Source: Octopus vulgaris
Lineage: Eukaryota
Direction of reading: 5' to 3'
Assembly: GCA_951406725.2 (NCBI GenBank)
Contig: OX597823.1
Span: forward strand, 77,004,001 to 77,068,000
Length of the DNA: 64,000 nucleotides
Part shown: one piece after another, positions 55,338 through 64,000 of the stretch
Position numbering within the stretch: position 1 is the stretch's first letter
Layout of the letters: each line of letters begins with the position of its first letter
The notes under the pieces: generated by a model
Database searches by the model: none
Told to the model about the DNA's origin: nothing
Seen by the model: only the letters and a program-made list of their open reading frames with translations
Program-made: the position numbers and the translations under genes

Positions 55338-55496
55338 GTTTCCATTTCCTCTTGAAACAGCAGCTAGATGTGCTCCACAGATTATTGGAAAATATCCTCT
55401 CGATAGAATTAGTAAAAGTTTCATGCTTCTTTAAGAGAGAAGACTCAGCCAAATCATAAAAGAGATAATCAAACATCCTTTAACCTATAGAATTGT

Positions 55497-55580
55497 ACAG
55501 TTCTATATTTAAGAGATGAGGAATCATTTACATTTGACGGATATTTGTCCACATTTTGTTTGTTGTTAACACAATGTTTC
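55497..55580 (-). mobile_element. 3' fragment of the family 1 hammerhead retroposon
   Basis: AGTTCTATATTTAAGAGATGAGGAAT...TTGTTAACACAATGTTTC matches 28796-28895. Confidence 0.85.
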
Positions 55581-55808
55581 TCTATAAGTGTGGATTCGTG
55601 TCTCCACATGTGTCCTTGTGTAGAGTAAAGTGTGTGTGTGTATAAGGCACAAAAAGAAAATGACTCTCCCCAGACACAACAGTATATATATATATATATA
55701 TATAAATTAATAATAAAATATTAGGGAATAAATCCAAACTTACAGGGAAAAATCAGATTTAGGATTGAATCCAATTTTATAGTAAAATATTATATTATAT
55801 TAAATTAG

Positions 55809-56022
55809 AGATAAAACCACTATTAGTAAATCAAACAATGAAAAACTTAAACCAATACATAAAAATAATTAATTTATATTATTTTAAATAATGTGTTTTA
55901 CTCATTATCTTTTATTAAATTTTTAATACTTTTGATATATATTTAAAATAATATAAATTAATTAATTTTATGTATTGGTTTAAGTTTTTCATTGTTTGAT
56001 TTGCCTAATAGTGGTTTTATCT
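55809..56022. repeat. AT-rich fold-back, ~82-bp arms
   Basis: 55809-55890 is the near-perfect reverse complement of 55940-56022. Confidence 0.9.
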
Positions 56023-56025
56023 ACT

Positions 56026-56185
56026 CGCAATATCAGAGGGCGCACACTCTCCTACCCTGATGTAATCTCCAGGGATACAGGCATCCAGCAACAGGACCTC
56101 CGTAATGCCATGATGGACCGTGAAGTCTGATGTAGCATGGTAAATTCCATTGTCTCGACCACGGTCGAACAATGATGATGATGAT
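56026..56185 (+). mobile_element. RTE-like LINE 3' end
   Basis: RNIRGRTLSYPDVISRDTG...LRNAMMDREV*...EQ* followed by a (TGA)n tail. Confidence 0.7.
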
Positions 56186-56510
56186 ATATATATGCATATA
56201 TCGGCAGCGGCAGCAGCATCCGCCTGTCTCGAGAGACGATGGTGTAGCTCAGAAAAGGTGGTGGGTTTATCTGCACTTCCTGGTGTGGCTGTGCAGACCA
56301 ATCATTCAATGGCAGTCTCTACCACATCTGGTGCAAGTGAAAGGGGATGAGAGCTGTGGTTGCTGCTGTTGCTCCTTTCGCCTGGTTCACTTTAGTTTGG
56401 CAGTAGTGGTCCTCAGGTTCTCTGCTGTCGTATATCTTTATATATATATATATATATATATATACAGCTCCTACATGCATTTTTTTCTCTGCTTGTTTCT
56501 TTTCTGTGTA

Positions 56511-56548
56511 TCTTTCTGTCGAAGAGCATAGGCTCAAAACGTAAAAGA
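56511..56548 (+). ncRNA. minimal hammerhead-like motif, variant core (family 2; element ~56465-56646)
   Basis: TCTTT-CTGTCGA-A-GAGC-atag-GCTC-AAAAC-GTA-AAAGA; G12 changed to A, consistent with CpG decay. Confidence 0.55.
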
Positions 56549-56657
56549 CTTGTTCTATTTCTATTCCTAAGCGCCATATTAATACATTTGTTTGTTTGTA
56601 CTCCACCTGCCTTCGTCTTTTGTTTATTTTCGTAAACCTTCCCGTTATATATATATA

Positions 56658-57054
56658 CCAGCAGTATCGCCCGGCGTTGGTCGGGTTTGTAAGGGAAATA
56701 ACTATATAAGCATTTTAGAGAGTTATAGCCAAAAAATAGCAAAAAAATTCATTAAAAATGGAAAAAAAAATGATGGTAAATTTTTTTTTAAATCGTTGAC
56801 TCATCGTAGACATTTTTAGAGAGTTACTTCCCTTATATAATAGCGAAAAAATGCATTAAAATGGAAAAAATGATGGTAAATTTTTTTTTAAATCGTAGAG
56901 TCATCGTAGATGCGCGCTAATACCCAGAAGGGCTCGATATGAATCACAACTATAAGATACCCAGTTTTGGTTAAACTGCACCGCAAAATGTGGGAGTAGT
57001 TAGGAATCTAAATGGTAGGAGACAGACACACAACTTGACTTTTATATATAAAGA
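56658..57054 (-). mobile_element. non-autonomous Helitron
   Basis: 5' TC, 3' hairpin and CTGG end; copy of 35542-35927. Confidence 0.9.
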
Positions 57055-57719
57055 TATACATCTCTGCCATTAAGTTCCATAAAATATTTCATCATCACTG
57101 CCATACTTATTTCTACGAATTTATCCATTGCCATTCTCTCCCTCATAACTACCAAACAAGAAGTATTGCTGACTTGAATTTTGAATCACCCTTCTGTTGA
57201 GTATCAATTCATCAGAAGAGCTTTATCTATAACATACAGAATAATATTTTCCCATGAAAGCTAAAAAACATATTTTCGTTGTCAAATTTTAAAAAAATCA
57301 TTAAAATCCCACCTGCTGAACCAAATTCATTTATAAACTTTATTTTATAGATCTATAGTTTTTATAACATTTATAATATTTTTATATTTCCAGACTTAAA
57401 GAGATTTGCTTTTTATATACATTTTTGACTACCTTGCTCGCATGAAAAGGATGGGTTTTTTTATAATTACTGACCTATTTATTTTTTATTTTTTGACCTC
57501 CTACCAATTTGTCCAAATCAACCAAGCATTCAAAAGGCTTGATCTGATTTTTTATGCTATTTCTGAAAAAACTTTTTGTAATCATTACTTATTGTAATCA
57601 ATAAAAAATATTTGATGTAACTGGATTAATAAATTTATTTATTTATTATTAAGGGATAGATTATATATAAATAAAAAACTTAGTTCAATTTTTAAAAAAT
57701 TCCCTTTTCAATATCCAAT

Positions 57720-58030
57720 CACCCCCACTACCACCATCTCCACCACCACCACCACCATCTCTCCCTTCTTTATCCCCTTCCCACCTCCTCTCTCTCCCCT
57801 TCTTTTTCTCCCTCCCTTCTTTCTCCCCTTATCTCTCTTCTTCTTTCACCTTCTTTCTGTCTCACACTTCACCTTATCCTCTTTTTCTCTCCCCTTTTCC
57901 TTTCCCTCCTCTTTCCCTTCAGCTAATCACATGAAGGCATTACAGTTACATCCCCTATACCTCATGTTATGGACGCTTCTCCCTCCTCCTTTTTCTCTTT
58001 CCCTGTTTTTACTCTCCTTCTTTTTCTCTA
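57720..58030. repeat. polypyrimidine low-complexity tract
   Basis: Mostly C/T on the plus strand. Confidence 0.85.
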
Positions 58031-58099
58031 ATCACATGAAAGCGTTACCGATGGGCTAAGTAACACAACAACAAGCAGAATTGTTATAAGATAATAACA

Positions 58100-58545
58100 G
58101 TTTCAAATTTTGGCCCAAAGCCAGCTGGTTCAGAAGATGGGTAAGTCAGTCACCCTGACCCCAATGTTCAACTGGCACCTATTTAATGAACTCTGAAATG
58201 ATGAGAGCCCTTGGTAGAGTTTGAACTCAGAACATAAGGCGGGACGAAATTTTGTTAAGCATTTTACCCGACACACTAATGATTCTGTCAGCTAGTCACC
58301 TTAAACTAACAATAATGATAATTCTTTCTCTTATAGGCACAAGGCCTGAAATTTTGGGGCTGGATTTGAGGGGGTAGATTGATTACATTGACCCCAGTAC
58401 TTGACTAGTACCTACTTTATCGACCCTTAAAGGATGAAAAGCAATGTCGACCTCGGTGGAATTTGAACTCAGAATGTAAAGGCTTATGAAATACTGCCAA
58501 GTATCTCGCCTAGCATGCTAGCAATTCTCCCAGCTCACCACCTTA
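58100..58545 (-). mobile_element. two tandem SINE family B copies followed by (AAT)n
   Basis: TTTGAACTCAGAA B-box region occurs twice; Meta-like core. Confidence 0.8.
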
Positions 58546-58556
58546 ATAATAATAAC

Positions 58557-58594
<38 letters not shown>

Positions 58595-59399
58595 TAATAA
58601 TAATAATAATATTTATGACCCTCTGACCGTTTTTCAGCTGTGTGTCACTTCACCTGTTTGTGTCTTTAGAGGGAAAAAATCTTGTTTTGTTGTCCCTTGA
58701 TAATTCTGGCTCAGAATTGGGAACAGTTCATATAAATTCAAGTAAGAACAAAACGTCATACCATAATATTAATAATGGCTTAACATTTTGGCATAAGGCC
58801 AGCAACTTTGTAGGGAAGGGGTTAAGTCTCCCTGAAATATCCCCTGTGACTTTTCACATTTCCTAATGATTCATTTCTGCATTTTAGTTCTACTTCCCAA
58901 GATTGCATTGATTTTTTTTCTAAGAAACTGTTAATCTTGTCATTGGCCCCTAAGAGTTCTCAGTCACTCTAAGAACCAACAGAGCCGAACGTTATTGTGG
59001 GGTTTTTATTTGCTGTCTATCCAACCAACAGCTAATTTCTTTCTTTTTATATGTACCTCACTTAATATCATTCTGTCAATATACAACAAAACAACAGTTC
59101 CCCTTGGCTTCTTTCTTGCATCCCTTTTGCATTTCAGGTGATAGATTCTCCTTCTCCAGTAAGCTATATACAAGCCATATGCTATGTGGTTGGCCAGTTA
59201 ATTTTTTTCATGTGTGCATGTATGTGTGTGCATGTGCATGTGTGTTACTTTGCTGAAGCAGTAGACTTCCTCAAATGATTTAGAGACGACGATGATGATA
59301 ATGATGATGACGATGCCAATAACGATGAGGACAACTTCAACGATGATGGTGATACTGAAGACAATGGTGATGATGGTGATGTTGATAATAATGATGATG

Positions 59400-59550
59400 C
59401 AGCTATGTGGTAAGAAGCATGCTTACTAACCACATGGTTCCAGGTTCAGTCCCACTGTGTGACAGCTTGGACAAGTGTCTTCTACTATAGCCTCGGGCCA
59501 ACCGAAACCTTGTGAGTAGATTTGGTAGACGGAAACTGAAAGAAGCCCGT

Positions 59551-59603
<53 letters not shown>

Positions 59604-59835
59604 GTATGTATCTATATGTTTGTGCCTGTGTTTGCCCCACAACCACCACTGCTTGAGAGCCGATGCTGGTGTGTTTACATCCTGGTAACTTTGCAGTGTT
59701 CGGCAAAAACAACCGATAGAATAAGGACTAGGCTTACAAAGAATAAGTCTTGGGGTCAATTTGTTCGACTAAAAAGGCAGTGCTCCAGCATGGCCACAGT
59801 CAAAAGACTGAAACAAGTATAAAAGTAAAAGAATA
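59400..59835 (+). mobile_element. SINE family A
   Basis: Family structure, preceded by a (GAT)n tract. Confidence 0.9.
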
Positions 59836-59941
59836 TGGAAGGTAATGGTTCTCACATACATATGTCGTACCCCTTAAATCAATCTCTTGCAAGGATGGTA
59901 AGCCAAGAATCACTTCCAAATAATTTTCAGTATTAATATTA

Positions 59942-60160
59942 TTATTACCTTCGCCTTAGCGAAGGCAGAGGTATTGTTTTCAGTTGTGTTTGTTTGTTTG
60001 TTTGCCTGTGGACAAGATATCTCAAGAACTGCTTGATGGATTTGGATGAAACTTCCAGAGATGTTTGGCCTTGTGACTGGCATGAAGGGATTAGATTTGA
60101 GGATCAATCTGGTACCAGACAAGGATTCTGAATTATTTTTCCATTGCTTTTACTTAATTA
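59942..60160 (+). mobile_element. DINE-1/HINE-like (Helentron-associated) element fragment
   Basis: TTATTACCTTCGCC...GGCAGAGGTA 5' palindrome followed by (GTTT)n and GATGGATTTGGATGAAACTT. Confidence 0.65.
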
Positions 60161-60464
60161 GTTAGCATGTTGGGAAAAATGCTTGGCAGCATTTCATCTA
60201 TCTTTAGGTTCTGAGTCCAAATTCTTCCAAGACCTCCTTTGCCTTTCATCCTTTCTGGGTCGATGAATTAAGTACCAGTTGAACACTGGGGGTGCTGTAA
60301 CTGACTTGCCCCCTCCCACAAACCTACTGGCCTTGTGCCAAAATCTGAAACTACAACTACTACCACTACTACTACCGCCACTGCCTGCCATCACCACTGC
60401 TGCTGCTACTACTACTACTACCACTACTCTGCTAGTGAATGCTAATTTACTTAGCAGGTATTCA

Positions 60465-60930
60465 ATCATGAGGTTTGGTGACAACAAGTCTCCTCAAATG
60501 TCAAGCATCTCTTTTCGCATTCCTGCAGAATATAGGATTGTATATTTTTATTATTATCATTATTATTATCATTCTCATTATTATTATTATTATTATTATT
60601 ATCATCATCATAGCGATTATGTCAACGGCGTCCCGTTTGATGTTCCACTCATATCAAATCTCTCTACATCTCAAACGGCCCTCGTTGAATAGAGGATGAC
60701 AGTTTTGCGTAACTCTGCTGTCAGAGTCTCAATATCAGTCTCTCCAGTCCTCTTCACCGACTGTTTTGATGTTGTTTCTAGCAATCCCATGACAACATGG
60801 ATGAATTTCCCTCTCACGTCTCACTGTTTCCTCACTTTCCCTACTGTTCAAGCTGAAACACTTCTAAATGTTTTCCGTTTCTTTAACTTCTTTATATTTC
60901 GCTATCGTTTCGTATAGCAAAATCTATAAT
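60465..60930 (-). mobile_element. R4/Dong-like RLE non-LTR retrotransposon 3' remnants
   Basis: Minus translation KFIHVVMGLL...ELRKTVILYSTRAV and SAGMRKEMLDI*GDLLSP resemble the RLE C-terminus (IPVVIGALG...QKT..L.SARILRRVL); (TAA)n tail. Confidence 0.55.
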
Positions 60931-62292
60931 CGTATTTTATTTCTTCCTTTATATCTCTGTTATCATAAGTATTGTCTCTGTGTCTCTGGTACATTATTAA
61001 TTTGCATTACTAAACCCCATTAGATCATATATTTTCACAAGCAGCTTCTAACTTATGATTGTATCGTTTTTTCACCTGCTTTGAATCCAAATTTCCTACT
61101 AATCTCCCTTTAGAATATCTTTTACCAAATTCTCATGTCTTCTTTTGCATTTATTTTATGTCATCTCCCTCCATTTACACACTAAAATTATAACTTTCCT
61201 CTACTTTAAACACACATCTGATATTGACTATCTTGCAGCCTTCTGCCAATTTTTATTTGAAGAAAAGTTTCGTCTAATCGCCTGTTTTTGTGCAGTCATA
61301 ACTGTTTGTGTTTCTCTTTCAGTTCCTTCATCATTCACCAAAGTCCATTATTCATCTTTTGCTATATTTTCTATTTGACTGATAAACTATCCATGAAACG
61401 ATTTTCTTTCTTTTCAGTTTTCCATCTTCACCTTTTTTTCATTTTTTGCTAGTTTTTTTTTTTTGTTTTATATATCATACTCTCTTTACAACTTCTTTGT
61501 ATGTGTGTATGTGGATATTGATCGTCTTCACTGCATATCTAAGTTTCTTCAATGAATATCTAAACTTCCCTCCAATTCATACATATAATTAATAACTGTA
61601 CAGTCTCTGTTGCATGACTAACCCTCTGTTTTCTACCATTATTTTGTTATAGTCTACTAATACCAATTTTCTAATTTGCATCTTTTTTATAGCCTAGCCA
61701 GAGAAAGAACTTGTATCTATGAATCTTGGAAAAGAAAAAGAAGAAATCATGCCTCATGGGTTGATTTTAGCCCTTCAGCATTTAACCTAACCATATCCAA
61801 CCTAAATACTCTAATATGTTCAGAATGGCCAATCTGGTCGCCCACACTTACCTTACAATATCTCTCTAAAAATATACAATCATATCATGGAAATCTTAAA
61901 GCTACAAGATAATGCTTAATATATTCAAAACAATATGTAGTGGATCTTGCAGGCATGGGGTGGATTCGATCCACCATAGCCAAATTTAAATTAACAGTTC
62001 TACAGCACTTTTCTCAAGGTAAAACAATAGTTTTCCTGTGACAGTTATATTTGCCAGATGCCTTAGCTAAGTAAAATGATGTCTTCGCTACTTGATCCTT
62101 CTAACCTCTTCTATTTCACAAGTAGCTAGAATACAGTTATCACAGACCTACAACGAAATCTATTGTTCTCAATCAACGTAATTGGCTTTCACCCTTCCTT
62201 CAAAAACTGTTGGCATTGTGCATAAGTTAGAAACAATTATTAGAAAATTACTATTTTAAATCTCACAGTGTGAGATATTCAGCAACAGTACT

Positions 62293-62524
62293 TTGTAGTA
62301 AAGACTGTTTTCCAACATAACATTGCAGCCCCGGTCTAAGACGAATGCTGCTGTAATTTAGCCGCAAGGGACATCGTCTCCAGCTGGCTATATGACACGA
62401 TCTGTAAAGACACAAATCGTGTCATATAGCCAGCTGGAGACGATGTCTCCTGGGGCTCAATTACAGAAACATTCGTCCTAGACCAGGACTGCCATGTTAT
62501 GTTGGAAAACAATCTTTTCTGCAA
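62293..62524. repeat. fold-back element with a perfect 32-bp inner stem
   Basis: 62370-62401 is the exact reverse complement of 62416-62447; imperfect arms extend to ~110 bp. Confidence 0.95.
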
Positions 62525-63039
62525 TTATTATTAGTTTGAAAATAATTCTTTGGGAAATGATTAGTAGAATCTAGGGAGTTGGCCAAAATGCTTTGTGCTA
62601 TTCTTACAATTGTTCACATTCTCACTTCATAAGAAACTAAGATCAGTTTTCATGATCTGTAATAGACTGTGACCTTCAAAGTTCCTTCTACCACATGTAC
62701 AATCATTGTGAAATATACAGACTCATCTACAAACACTTCAGAACACTATTATAACATCATTGCTATTGTCACCCAACACACATGATCATGGATGAACTAA
62801 TGAGAAAGTCTGTATACGGTTTCTTGACCTCCTAGAAATAGCAGCCAAATCTTCAAATCAGAAGTTCCCATTGAACAATATTGTCACTGATGTGCATACA
62901 AGGATGGTCATAGATCAAACATCTTCCATCAAGAGTTGCTTTATGAATAAGATCGTACATGGGTTATGACATAACAGTGTACTGTGCATAACTTGGACAG
63001 AAGCTGAAAGTTAGAGGCTTTCCAATAATCTGTGATGAG

Positions 63040-63940
63040 AGAGCAAAGGTGAGATGTGCTCCTAATTTTAAAGCATGTTTTAGTGTGAATCAGGGTGCTG
63101 TTGACGAAAAGTGCATTCAGAATGAGAGCAATGCCTTTACATTCACCAATGCAGAAAAGAATCAAACCTGGAAATTTTACTACAAGAGATTGCTGAATGG
63201 TTATGCATAAGGAAAAGAGGGACCCTCTGAAGTAAACCCAACTAAGGGACTAAATATTGAAGTGGACAGCTGTACTCTTTTACTCTTTTACTTGTTTCAG
63301 TCATATGACAGTGGCCTTGCTGGAGCACTGCCTTTAGTCGAACAAATCAACCCCAGGACTTATCCTTTGCAAGCCTAGTACTTATTCTATCGGTCTCTTT
63401 TGCTGAACTGCTAAGTTATGGGGACGTAAACACACAAGCATCAGTTGTCAAGTGATGTTGGGGGAACAAACACAAACACACATATATATGTATGCATATA
63501 CATATATACAACGGGCTTCTTTCAGTTTCTGTCTACCAAATCCACTCACAAGGCTTTCGTCAGCCTGGGGCTATAGTAGAAGACACTTGCCCAAGGTGCC
63601 ACGCAGTGGGACTGAACCCAAAACTATGTGGTTGGTAAGCAAGCTACTTACCACACAGCCACTCCTGCGCCTATAATATCCAAAATATCAACAACAACAA
63701 AAAAAAGAAGTCTATTACTCAGATGACCACTTGGGTAGTTCAGTAATAAATGAATCATAATAATTACTGTAGCAGTATCATCATCAGCTGTTACAGAGAC
63801 AAAAGAAATGCTCTGGAAAGAAGCAATTACAGAAGTATCAATCTGATGGACCAAGTTGCAGAAGAGATTTCTATTACAACTGATTTGGAAGAGAATTAAT
63901 TTACATAAGATGCTGTTCATGTCTGTGCTTGGACAGTGTA
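63040..63940 (+). mobile_element. RTE-clade LINE internal remnant split by a SINE
   Basis: NQGAVDEKCIQNE...EKNQTWKFYYKRLLN before the SINE; CSSIIISCYRDKRNALERSNYRSINLMDQV (start of RT) after it. Confidence 0.75.
63273..63672 (-). mobile_element. SINE family A, full length
   Basis: Complete family structure. Confidence 0.95.
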
Positions 63941-64000
63941 TCACTCATTGATACACTGAGCTCTGTTCTGTGAGACAACAACAAAGGAAGTTCTGCACTA

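Noticed and set aside
57190-57225. CTGATGA on the minus strand
   Set aside because: Part of a small palindrome (CTTCTGTTGA...TCATCAGAAG) without hammerhead topology

Overview
AT-rich eukaryotic DNA, almost all intronic or intergenic. The SINE families and very long (TA)n/(TACA)n/(GATA)n/(CAT)n tracts point to an octopus or other coleoid cephalopod (inferred). No intact protein-coding gene is evident, and nearly all listed ORFs are microsatellite or repeat artefacts. The window holds several tRNA-derived SINE families, RTE and R4-like LINE remnants, decayed Tc1/mariner elements and MITEs, TTAA-flanked piggyBac-type MITEs, non-autonomous Helitrons, a ~30-bp minisatellite and several fold-back elements. 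The main observation is two families of short retroposons carrying minimal type I hammerhead ribozyme motifs of the Penelope-like kind. One family is fused behind a tRNA-like Pol III head and also occurs as an inverted pair. The other has a variant core, and one of its copies starts at the predicted self-cleavage site. A tentative two-exon gene fragment (17-nt microexon plus a terminal exon, faintly death-domain-like) lies at 1403-4148. All coordinates, alignments and folds were read by eye and repeat boundaries are approximate.
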